Origin: an uncultured Nitrososphaerota archaeon
Lineage (GTDB): Archaea > Thermoproteota > Nitrososphaeria > Nitrososphaerales > CADDZS01
Direction: 5' to 3'
Length of the DNA stretch: 64,000 nucleotides
Assembly: GCA_963799845.1 (NCBI GenBank)
Contig: CAWCYI010000004.1
Coordinates: 160,001 to 224,000, forward strand
This document shows, piece by piece, positions 38,410-47,818 of the stretch. A program made the position numbers and the translations under genes. The notes beneath the pieces were generated by a model. It made no database searches. It was not told the DNA's origin and saw only the letters and a program-made list of their open reading frames with translations. The number at the start of each line of letters is the position of its first letter. Positions within the stretch are counted from its first letter, which is position 1.

Positions 38410-38925
38410 ATGGTATCTCAGAAAGAATTGTACAAATTTAATACCCGAATGACGGACATCAACCAGTACATCCAAGACCGTGTTGAAACTGGTTTCGGTC
38501 CCCTCTCGATATGGTATGTCCTACGGCTCAGATTGTTAAAGGAAGGTCGAAGCGACGAATTCCCTTCATACGAGAAAGTCCGAGCTCGAGTCGGGTACCT
38601 TAACCGCTTGAAAGAAGTAAAAGATGTTAGGCTGGATTGGAGGACGATCCAGCTAATCGAGAAGGGATACATTCCACCTTACAACCATCGGGTCGAGGGT
38701 CTAATCTTCAGGGAGTGGCCCCTCCCCTTCATCAGGGGTACGATACAGTCGAAAATGTCCCACATGAGAATTCGATGGCAGGACGTTGCGGAGATCGCAC
38801 TTTTTGATGCTGAACGACAACTTACCGATCTCCAAGAAGGTGTTCTCAAGAAAGCCCGTAGGACAGGAAAAAGCGTTCTCGATATCCTCATGGGAGAAGA
38901 GGAGGCGAGTGACTACGGCTCCTGA
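38410..38925 (+). CDS. Hypothetical basic protein directly upstream of PolB (candidate terminal/priming protein)
   Basis: ORF overlaps the PolB start; function inferred from position only. Confidence 0.55.
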   Translation: MVSQKELYKFNTRMTDINQYIQDRVETGFGPLSIWYVLRLRLLKEGRSDEFPSYEKVRARVGYLNRLKEVKDVRLDWRTIQLIEKGYIPPYNHRVEGLIFREWPLPFIRGTIQSKMSHMRIRWQDVAEIALFDAERQLTDLQEGVLKKARRTGKSVLDILMGEEEASDYGS

Positions 38926-41268
38926 AAATCCTTACAACGTCACGAAACTTCTGGCAAAAAAGCCTCGCCAACTCAGTCGGCGCGAATTTAGGGTGATCGG
39001 GATCGACACCGAAGTGTGTCGTGGTCAAGTTGTCTTGCTCTGTTCAAGCGGAGTGCCCAATGCCAAGTCGGGAAAATTCATGAGATCGGATAAGATCCTG
39101 TACCCCAATCTTGAGCAAGCGGTCGAATTCCTTTGGAAAAACATGCCAATTTCAAAAAGAAAGTACGACAAGATTGGGGATTCTGGAACATCAAATACGA
39201 TTTTTCGGTTTTATTCAAGAATTGGTTTAGGCACGTCACTAAACTCGACGAGTGGCTGGAAGCATGCGAAAATGGCTTCGACGTAGGTGAATTTGTGGGG
39301 GAGAAAGAGGACGCGGAAGGAAAAGTGAAGCGCCTCTTCTACTATCACATCAACTTCATCCAGGGAAAGGGGTTCTCCATTACGGAGCACCGATTGAACA
39401 AACAAAAGAACGTCCAATCCCGCACCAAGTCATATTACGATATCAGTGATTTCTACAAGAACGAGTCAGGAAAATCTTCCCTTGAGAACGCTGCAGAACA
39501 TTTTCTTGACGATCGCAAGAATGGTGACGTCGACAGGGAACGGCTGGGCGAAGAAGAGCAATATTGGTTAGAGCATCAGCAAGAAACAATCGACTACTGT
39601 ATCCAGGACTGCCAACTTACCTCTAGACTCGGCTCGAAAATGACCAGGAAGAGCGGTGAGATAATCCGACGGTTCGCGGACAGGCAATTCTGGCCAAAGT
39701 ACTATTATTCATGCGCGGGTCTCTCCAAGGCGCTCCTTGAAGCAAAGCATCCTGAGCTCCAGGACAAATTCTTCCTATTCGACTGGAAGATTATCGAGAT
39801 GTCTTGGCTCGCCTATCAAGGCGCCCATACCGAAGTCCGTAAGTTTGGAAGGAATGACGGGGTCTCGCGCGTAGACATCTCGCAAGCCTATCCACATGCA
39901 ATATCCAAGTTGCCTAGGATGGATCTGCTGGAATGCCAAGAAGTTACAGAATCACATGATAACGCAGTCATTGGAATCTACAAAATCTTGGTCAGGTACA
40001 ACGGTAAGATTCCTTGCAAGAAAGACGATGGCACTGTCTATTGTCCAATCGGAGCTAAACGTCTGCCCGACTACGTGACGAATATTGGTCTGAAGTACTT
40101 CAAAGAGGCAGGATACGACGTTGAAGTCGTCGAAGGAATCGAATTCTTTTACAAAGACATCGAAAGCGACCACACGGTGCATCCGGGGCACAAATGCTCA
40201 GAATCCTGCAATCCAGTATTGCAGTTCCCTGAAACAGTTGCCCTTTACCACGAACGCTCTAAAGAAAAGAAGCTCAAACAGCAGGAAGGGGACGAGCACG
40301 ACCTCACGCAGTGGTTCATCAAACAGACAATGGCTGCCGAGTATGGGGTGCTTGCGTCCAACAAACACAATGTCTCAGCTTTCACGAATTTCATCTACGC
40401 GTCTCTGGTGACTGAGCATTGCCGGGTCACGATCTGGAAACTCTGTGATAAGATTGGCTGGGAGAATGTCGTATTCATCTTCACCGATGCAGTAGCGTAT
40501 ATCGACAAAGGGCAGCTGACCGAGGAAGACATTGTGAAGGAACTCGGAGGGCTGGAGAAAGACATCGAGAAAACCACGATGATAACCTACGAGTGTGGTC
40601 TGTACACTTACTACTCTAACAAGAACGAAGACGGGGACAACCACGATACTGACATCGAGCAGAGAAAGTTTTGCTCTTGCCCTGACGAAGGGATAGAAGA
40701 CGAGGATAGCACATGCTCTTGTGACAAACGATGCTATATGAAGTGCTTTTGCGGCAAGGAGTGTCATTGCCGTTGGAAACTCAAGAAGAGAGGCGTGCCT
40801 AGTCTTACTGTGAAACAGCTATTCGGAGCGCAAGGGAATGTTCTGAAGATCGGCAGGACCAAAGCGATGACTCTGTTTGAAGGCATCCGGGATAAGAAAT
40901 TTGACGAGATAGGGCGATTCTACTATGAGGAGAAGGAAATCAATCTTTGGTCAAACAAGGAGAAGCGAGACTTCAAAGACGATACCTTGCTCAATTTTGA
41001 GATATTCAATTCACAGAGCGTAGATTCGTATCCATTAGAGATTCAAGACCCCGAGTATCACCCAGATGTCCCTTCGAGCGTTAAAGATCAACGATGCAAA
41101 GTCCTGCGTAGACTCCTCTCTTCCACTCTAAAGAACCGCAACTTCAAAGTCGAGCAAGAAATCCTCGAACAAATCAAGAAAGACGAAGTTGCGTTCCAGA
41201 AGGTCCGGAACATTGTCCTAACTCTTCTCAAATCGCAAACTCAAGTCGCTACGTCCAGTTCGGGGTGA
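38909..41268 (+). CDS. polB: Family B DNA polymerase of protein-primed type with one frameshift near 39140-39160
   Basis: GGAGG RBS plus GTG; ExoI GIDTE (in ORF 38786), ExoII FWNIKYD, ExoIII YCIQD, motif A DISQAYP, TPR1-like insert, motif B KQTMAAEYG, motif C IFTDAV, and KKRGV. Confidence 0.88.
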
Positions 41269-41280
41269 TTCGAGTCTCCA

Positions 41281-41854
41281 ATGTCCGAACAAAAAATTCT
41301 CAGTTCCGATGAGATCTACCTAGACAATATCGTCATTGATAAACCTGCAACTTATGGATGCGTCCACGCAGCTCTCGAATATGATTCCGGGTACCCGACT
41401 ATTCACCTGATAGATTATTCGAGAGTAGAAAACGTAGAGCTCAGCTCTCGTCAGTTCGCTTTCTCATGAAACTTTGCATTTTGTTTTAGGAAAAATTGGC
41501 GTAGAGCCTATTCAACCGCCGAACTTCCCATCATACTGGACTATGCCTTCCCTGGACAAGTTACATTCGATCTGGACACAAACTGGATATGAGCGTGGAG
41601 TCAAGACAGAGACTGATGTATCAGGGATCTCAAATTTTCTTGTTAACTATAGGCTGGTCAACCCGAAATACGGACGGCAGGCGTTTTGGTCAACTGTTGA
41701 TATGCTCTGCGATGGTCTACAAGAAATATTCAGTGCCCCTATTCTTGACAAGCGATATGCGGAAAATCTGATCAAAGGCTACTTCACATTTAGGGTGTAT
41801 TTGCCTGATTACATTCGGCAAGAAGCTCACGAGAAGGGGCTGGATAAATCTTGA
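41281..41854 (+). CDS. HExxH zinc metallopeptidase-like protein (ImmA/IrrE/SprT-like) with a frameshift near 41440
   Basis: Joining the two ORFs gives ...TIHLIDYSRVENVESALVSSLSHETLHFVLG; HETLH sits just upstream of and across the ORF-track start at 41474. Confidence 0.62.
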
Positions 41855-42560
41855 CAGATATAATTCATTCGAGTCCTTCAACATTCCGGGGTAATATCCC
41901 AAGGGCTATCCTCTTTGATGACTCGGCGTGTGTTTTTTGTCAAGAGAAGACTCTCCTGTGGCACAGGGAAAACGTAGTGGAATTTGCAAGAAAGGTCGGA
42001 TTGGATAATGCGCCAAAGAGCTACAAATACCCGAGCGGAAAAAGAGCTTGTTTTGAGTGTGGCCAGGGGATAATCGATGAAATGCGTGCTTGCTATCTCA
42101 ACACAATCCATCTTCGAAATCCCATCAGTTTGAAGTATTCAACTGATAACGCACGATACTGGAGAGAATATTTTACCGATGAATGTGATCTCTGCCTAAA
42201 GAAATCCGTAGAAGGCAAGCTAACGTTGACCACGACCATGATTCGGGGCTAATCAGGGGCGTCTTGTGCACCTTCTGCAATACTCATCTTGTCTCACAAA
42301 GAGATCGTAACGAGAAATTCTTCAATGGGGAAGAAATGTCGGACGATGAGATACTTGACTACTTACGAACGCAAGAAATGTTGGTAAAATCTTTTCCGGA
42401 AGAGTTCAATTCTGAAAATTATGCAGATGAAAGCCCATTTGATGTGCCGAACGGTAGAATTCGTATCTTGAACGCTTATCGCAACAAATCAGGAAGACTC
42501 GTTGTCGTTTTTCGAAGATTGGACGAGGAAGATACATTTCCCAGAGATCTAAAAGCATAA
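41851..42560 (+). CDS. Endonuclease VII-family (His-Me finger) nuclease with N-terminal zinc finger; frameshift near 42200-42222
   Basis: CDLC in ORF 41851 joins NVDHDHDSGLIRGVLCTFCN, which is in frame upstream of ORF 42264; this is the endo VII signature. Confidence 0.8.
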
Positions 42561-42677
42561 CCAAGAACTCGGATGTTCCAAATTAACTTTTCAATTCTCT
42601 GAACTTGGATAATATATTCCAGTACGAATATTTCGAATCCTATAGTTTAGATCTTAGAATGGGCCAATTACTGTCGT

Positions 42678-43844
42678 ATGAGAGCCCTCGTCCTGTCTGG
42701 ATTTGGTGCCTCGATGTATTTCAGATCTAATCGTCTCGTCGTGAGGACGCGAGGAGAAAACGGGAACAAGATGCAGGTCCAGGAGTTCCGGGCGAACGAG
42801 GTCCCGTTTGACACCGTCGTTGTTGATTCCAGAAAGGGCTGGGTTTCTCTGGACGCGATGCTCTTTTGCAGCAAAATGGGGATAGGAATTGTCCAACTCA
42901 ACTGGGATGGAGACCTCTTGTACAGTTGTTTACCTCCGGCACCTGATTCCAATCAGTTGAGGCTCTGTCAGTACGAGTCTCATCTTGACAGACAAAAGAG
43001 GGTTTACATTTCTAATGTTATCGTAGCAGAGAAAATCAGACAACAACAAGCGTTGTTAACCGAACTTTCCAGATACTATCACTTTGAGTTGCCAAAAACA
43101 CAATCCTTCTCCTTTATCAAATCGCTTGATTTTCTAAGAAATGCAGAGGGAAGGTTCGCCGAACAATATTTCCAATGTCTCTCCAAAGTATTTGACGAGT
43201 TGGGATTTGAGTTTACAGGAAGAGCGAGGGGAACCAACAAACATAACATGAAATCCGCCCTTCCGGTATCCTCCGCCCTAAACTACGGCTATGGATTGCT
43301 CTACACACTAGTCAGACGGGTCGAAAACTCGATAGGACTGGACAGCAGCATTCCTTTTCTTCATGATTTGCGGAAAAACCGTGAAGGACTCACCTACGAC
43401 CTCTGCGAGAGCTGGAGAGCATTGATCGATTACGCAGTAATTCGTTTTTTCGAGTCCGAGGACATGAAAAATTGTTTCGTAATGACGGATGACTTCGAAT
43501 GTCTTCTGAGACCTGAAGCAACAAAGCGCTTGATTTCACTCGTCAGTGATGGTTTCAGCGAAATTGTAGAATACAGAAATGCCTTACTGACTCGTGAGAG
43601 AGTGATGACGCTCTCGTTTCGCAACTTTGCAAACTTTCTCGCAGGCAAAAATCAGAGTTTGGACCTGAAAATTCCATCTGTCTCGATAAAAAGGGATGAC
43701 TCACCGGATCTAAAGGAGAAAATTCTGACACACACGGCCCGAGAATTAGGCATGAACAAGTCGACCCACTTCTACATAAGAAAACGACTGCAAGAAGGAA
43801 AGCCTGTTCGAATCTATAGACGAACAAAGCAATATTTTGTCTGA
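42678..43844 (+). CDS. cas1: Solo Cas1 / casposase with C-terminal HTH
   Basis: LSGFG start, LRLCQY, catalytic RNAEG, LNYGY, FLHD and YDLCE; C-terminal ARELGMNKST...GKPVRIY; no cas2 or CRISPR array nearby. Confidence 0.92.
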   Translation: MRALVLSGFGASMYFRSNRLVVRTRGENGNKMQVQEFRANEVPFDTVVVDSRKGWVSLDAMLFCSKMGIGIVQLNWDGDLLYSCLPPAPDSNQLRLCQYESHLDRQKRVYISNVIVAEKIRQQQALLTELSRYYHFELPKTQSFSFIKSLDFLRNAEGRFAEQYFQCLSKVFDELGFEFTGRARGTNKHNMKSALPVSSALNYGYGLLYTLVRRVENSIGLDSSIPFLHDLRKNREGLTYDLCESWRALIDYAVIRFFESEDMKNCFVMTDDFECLLRPEATKRLISLVSDGFSEIVEYRNALLTRERVMTLSFRNFANFLAGKNQSLDLKIPSVSIKRDDSPDLKEKILTHTARELGMNKSTHFYIRKRLQEGKPVRIYRRTKQYFV

Positions 43845-43941
43845 TTGTCCGTCCATGCTCGTGATACCGATGGGCTGCATGGGCATATGCCCATGACTGT
43901 TTACACCTGGAGAACGATCGCTAGAAAATTTGATCCAGTAA

Positions 43942-44241
43942 CTATTTCTCGATCTGAACCAGGTAGATGGGCTTATCGGCCTTTTCCCACCAATCATATT
44001 GAGTTATTCTGACCCATTGGACACCTGCTTTGAAGAAGTGAGTGTATGATCTTGCATCTCCCGTTATCAAATCACAATCGTTTTGTCTACAGTATGCAGC
44101 AATATTCTCGTCAAAACTACGCTGCGGAAGATCCTGATGTTTGCCCACCTGCAAAATATCCTGATACGTTGAGCGAAGTTCGTTCTCTTGCTCAGAACCC
44201 CATCCCAAAATGTCTTTGTCAATTACGACCTTGATAGCCAT
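43942..44241 (-). CDS. Small PIN-like protein (DUF5615/Mut7-C-like)
   Basis: VVIDKD...FDENIAAYC...LITGD acidic pattern. Confidence 0.65.
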   Translation of the reverse strand: MAIKVVIDKDILGWGSEQENELRSTYQDILQVGKHQDLPQRSFDENIAAYCRQNDCDLITGDARSYTHFFKAGVQWVRITQYDWWEKADKPIYLVQIEK

Positions 44242-44423
44242 ATCTCGTAGACTAAATTAACAGAAAAATTAGAGGATATTAAACTGGAGTACGCAGTTTT
44301 GGTTAGTTCTCTCATGCGATTTCTCCCACCATTGTTCGAAATTAGAATCAGAGAGGGAAATTATTCCAGTACGAATCTTTCGAGTACCAAAATTTACAGC
44401 TTAGTTAGGGCCAACACCCTTTT

Positions 44424-45425
44424 ATGATCGGAGATAAGGGCGAAGGCGAAAATAACGAACACCTAGTCGGAAAAATAACCGGGTTCACTGGCTCCGCAGG
44501 AAGTGGTTTGGGGACCATTTTCATCGACGGAAAACCGATAATGTGCGAAAATTCGACGACCGTGAGGGCGCTCGATGATGCTTTCGGCAATGTCATAACG
44601 AAAGACCACTCTGTGAACACAAGTTCGATAATCGGACGCACAATCGTTTACTCGATCGGCGATTACGGGCTGCTAGAATGGTTCCGACCGATAGACCCGG
44701 AGGACTTGCTCGTAGATCCTCCACTGCAAACAGACCAACCATCCAAAAAGTCTTCCGAGATGAAGTGTGCAAGCTGCGAAAAATTGCTCGAGGGTGAGGA
44801 ACCTTTCACGGGAGAATTCAGAACACACTACGAAGGTGAGCCTTTGTGCGAAACCTGCTACTACGAAGCGGACGTTGATGCAACGGTTGTGCAATCTGAC
44901 AGAGAAGAACAGATAATTACTTCAACCCGAAACGAAACCGATGGGGAATTCTGGGTTTCCTGGCACTCGACCGACGCCTGGAGGGGCTACTACGAAACAC
45001 ATTCTGAAAATTACTCCCTCGTGAATACCGCCGAACTATTGAATGGTCATGAATCCCAAGAGATGCTCAAGGATTTTGACGAGAAAATCAGACAAGCGTT
45101 TGAGGTAACTGGCATAGATTACACCAGAGTCTTTGCGAGAAGCTCAAACCTGTTTTACTCCAACTACGACCTCTATGTGAAGAAAGATCAGGTCATCCTA
45201 GCGCATTTAATTGTTCAAAAAGTGAAGGCAGAGGTCAATTACGACGACCCGAAATGGTATCAAGGAATCATCTTTGACTCAGATGCTCTAAAATCTCTGT
45301 CAGATCTGTTCCCTGAATTTTCCATAAAGAACGACAATGATGCAATGAAACTAGTGCAAGCTTATCGGGGCGACTTAGTCGGCGAGTTGCAGAAGAGAAT
45401 CGCCTCCAAGGGAGAAGTGAATTGA
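44424..45425 (+). CDS. Hypothetical multidomain protein with central zinc finger
   Basis: 333-aa ORF; CASC...CETC. Confidence 0.65.
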   Translation: MIGDKGEGENNEHLVGKITGFTGSAGSGLGTIFIDGKPIMCENSTTVRALDDAFGNVITKDHSVNTSSIIGRTIVYSIGDYGLLEWFRPIDPEDLLVDPPLQTDQPSKKSSEMKCASCEKLLEGEEPFTGEFRTHYEGEPLCETCYYEADVDATVVQSDREEQIITSTRNETDGEFWVSWHSTDAWRGYYETHSENYSLVNTAELLNGHESQEMLKDFDEKIRQAFEVTGIDYTRVFARSSNLFYSNYDLYVKKDQVILAHLIVQKVKAEVNYDDPKWYQGIIFDSDALKSLSDLFPEFSIKNDNDAMKLVQAYRGDLVGELQKRIASKGEVN

Positions 45426-45426
45426 A

Positions 45427-45786
45427 GTGGTAAAATCTCCTTTGGACTATGATTTCAGGATTGGTCTCGATGATATCGAAGAACGAACTGCAAAACGGAC
45501 ACGATCTCAAAATTTTGAATTGTCTCTTGGGAAATCAATCTTTGACGAACCCAAGTCTAAGAAAGAACGTGAATCAGGGAAGAAAAGACAACGCGAAAAC
45601 CTGCGGCGCTACGCCTGGTTGTCAGGTAAAGTTTGCGCAGTAAGTCTCAGGCTTCTAGGAGAACTTTTGGTTTGGACCGGCGAAAAATCAAAAGTCGGAG
45701 GCCACAGACTGGACGAATTTGCGACGCAAGTCAAACCCAGGAAAACATCATTGAGAAAGGGCACTAGAACGCTTGTGGGTCGATGA
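45427..45786 (+). CDS. Hypothetical basic protein
   Basis: Starts 1 nt after the previous stop; ATGA overlap with the next gene. Confidence 0.45.
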   Translation: MVKSPLDYDFRIGLDDIEERTAKRTRSQNFELSLGKSIFDEPKSKKERESGKKRQRENLRRYAWLSGKVCAVSLRLLGELLVWTGEKSKVGGHRLDEFATQVKPRKTSLRKGTRTLVGR

Positions 45787-46151
45787 GGTGTCTCAATATG
45801 ATTATTGGGATATTCTGCCCCTCCGACAGGCTTGAGTTCTTCATCAAACGATTGAAATTGACGGGCTATCGAGTAATGGAATATACCGCGTTTTCTTTAG
45901 CAGTTCTTAGCAACTTGGATTCTTTGGAGATTCTGATTATGCACGCTCCGCATCCTCGTGTCGTCCCCAATGACCTAACTCATAACGTGCAACTTTGCGT
46001 GCTAGCGTTTGGCAACAAAAATATCATTATAAGTGATAACGAATCCGCTGCAAAAATTCCGCTTGAAAAATTGGACGAAATTGACTTGCTGTATGGAGAT
46101 TACAAAAAATACGAAATGAGATTCCAGAAAACGCCTTTCTACATTGGATAG
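45783..46151 (+). CDS. Hypothetical protein
   Basis: Coupled ORF of 122 aa. Confidence 0.45.
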   Translation: MRCLNMIIGIFCPSDRLEFFIKRLKLTGYRVMEYTAFSLAVLSNLDSLEILIMHAPHPRVVPNDLTHNVQLCVLAFGNKNIIISDNESAAKIPLEKLDEIDLLYGDYKKYEMRFQKTPFYIG

Positions 46152-46394
46152 CCCAGTCTCAAATAAAGAAAAAGAGGGGACAGGGCGCGATTTCCACGCC
46201 CATTGAGTCTAATTTCGTTTGCTTCTTCCGTTGCGCAGATCTCTGATAATTGACGAAGTACTCCAGATGAGCAGTGGAACGCCCACCAGGAGAGAGACTG
46301 CCGCAACGACGAGCCAGATATCTGAGGATGGAATTGGGCTCATCAAGCAATATTGGACGGGTGTCAGCTAAAGCTCTTTCGGTGAACAAGAAAA

Positions 46395-46628
46395 TTGATC
46401 ACATCTCAATTAGAAAATTCCTGTTTTTGGTGTGGTAACCAAACAGTTGTGTTGGACTCAGACAGAGGTGAGGTCGTCTGCAGCTATTGCGGCATTGTCG
46501 TGATGGATAGGATCGAAGAAATAGCGCCAGGATGGAGAAATGCGGCTCGACGACTCGGGACTCCACCACTTGCAATTTACAACATGGGACTGGGTTCAAT
46601 AATTGGATATCAGGTGAAGCGATCGTGA
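46395..46628 (+). CDS. Truncated TFB: zinc ribbon and B-reader-like segment only
   Basis: CFWCG...DSDRGEVVCSYCGIVV...PGWR...GLGSIIG, then stop; GGTGA upstream. Confidence 0.72.
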   Translation: MITSQLENSCFWCGNQTVVLDSDRGEVVCSYCGIVVMDRIEEIAPGWRNAARRLGTPPLAIYNMGLGSIIGYQVKRS

Positions 46629-46690
46629 TGTACGGACCCGTTTGGGATTTCTAACACTGACATGGGTTTGGAAGGGGACCACTTGTTATC

Positions 46691-47818
46691 TAACCTGGCC
46701 GACATAAGTTCATAGACACCTGTTGGTCAGAAGGAATTTCTTCATGTCAAGATGCGAGCAAAACCTTCGCGTTCGATAGTATTCTGCCAGGATTGATTTC
46801 AGTTCTTTCAATGACGTCGGAAAGGTTGGAAGCCTTGAGAGATCCTTCTCACCCTCGCGCCAACACTCCTCCATCATGTTGAACTCTGGCGAAGCTGTCG
46901 GGATCCATCTGACTCTGAGAGTCTTCCTGTTCTTACCCAAATAATCAGTTACGATCCTGGTTTTGTGGTGTTGCCTTGCTTTGTCAAGGAAGAGATAGAG
47001 TGATCCAAACTTCCTGTGCACCTTCTTCAGGTAGTCGAGGAATGTCTCGCCATTGAATTTCTCGTACTGCCTGAAGATTTGTGTCCCGTCCAGGCTGATC
47101 GCTCCAAACACCACGGTGTTGCCGTGCGAGCCTGACACAATCCGAATCGGTCGAATCCCTTTGACCGCCCACACCCTTTTGGTTTCTATGTTCTGGACGA
47201 AGATTGATTCGTCTTCGGATGCTACGGTGAAGCCTTCCGGGATATTCCTGAGGAGTCTTGCGGTCCTTTTTTAAATTCGAGCCTCTCTTCGAGGGAAGCC
47301 TTGTGAAGTAACCTCTTGTCAGGGACAATTGCTCTCACTCCCCACTTCTGCATCAACCTGTAGATGTGTCTCTCAGTGTATGCCACGTCTGCTTCCTTGC
47401 GGATCATCTCCCTGACCTCCTTCACGGTCCAGCCGCATTCGTTCTTCACGACCTTCCTCTTCACCGCAATGAACTTGTTGTGATCGAGCTTCGGAGGTCT
47501 CCCGCTCCTTTCCATCGTCTTGAGTCCTTCTAGCCCATCTTTCTCGAAACGTCTAAGCCACGGTGTCGTCCATGATTTGTGCCGGTGAACTTCCCTTGCT
47601 ACGTGCGACGCCGGGACACCCTCGTACTTGACCTTCAGAACGAGGAATATCCTCTTGCTTACGTTTGCGTCCCTCTCCTCTCTATAAGCCTCTTCAACAA
47701 TCTCCTTCGGTGCCTGTAATCGAGACATACAACCTGAGATAGGAAGGGAAGTTGGCCAAAAATGAGAATGTCTAGGTCTGTGGCCCTTTCAGTCTAATAA
47801 TTTATGTCGGCCAGGTTA
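46691..47818 (-). mobile_element. IS630-family insertion sequence, copy 1 (1124 bp plus TA duplication)
   Basis: TIR ACCTGGCCGACATAA at both ends, flanked by TA; HTH ORF plus DDE ORF. Confidence 0.93.
46710..47728 (-). CDS. IS630 transposase; two ORFs joined by a probable -1 frameshift
   Basis: HTH with RSGRPPKL; DES, LDKARQH and SPEFNMMEECW; slippery TTTAAAAAAG. Confidence 0.9.

Larger units (their letters stand above)
42615..44383 (+). repeat. Pair of 22-bp direct repeats (42615-42636, 44362-44383)
   Basis: TATTCCAGTACGAATATTTCGA versus TATTCCAGTACGAATCTTTCGA (21/22); each ends about 40 nt before a start codon. Confidence 0.78.

Noticed and set aside
39131-39165. Programmed -1 frameshift in polB
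   Set aside because: No clean in-frame slippery heptamer, and similar indels occur in housekeeping genes; assembly error is more likely, though not proven.
44085-44100. GTCTACAGTATGCAGC resembling the inverted left-end sequence
   Set aside because: Needs an indel, lies inside the PIN-like coding sequence and is not followed by the predicted TSD.
44325-44338. CCCACCATTGTTCG as the right-hand target-site duplication
   Set aside because: Only 9 contiguous bases match 7561-7574, which is expected by chance in 64 kb, and no TIR-like sequence precedes it.
42560-44424. CRISPR-Cas locus around cas1
   Set aside because: No cas2, effector genes or regularly spaced repeat array seen; the C-terminal HTH and PolB linkage fit a casposase.
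35324-46151. Complete provirus
   Set aside because: No recognisable capsid, packaging ATPase or tyrosine integrase; divergent structural genes cannot be excluded without structure searches.
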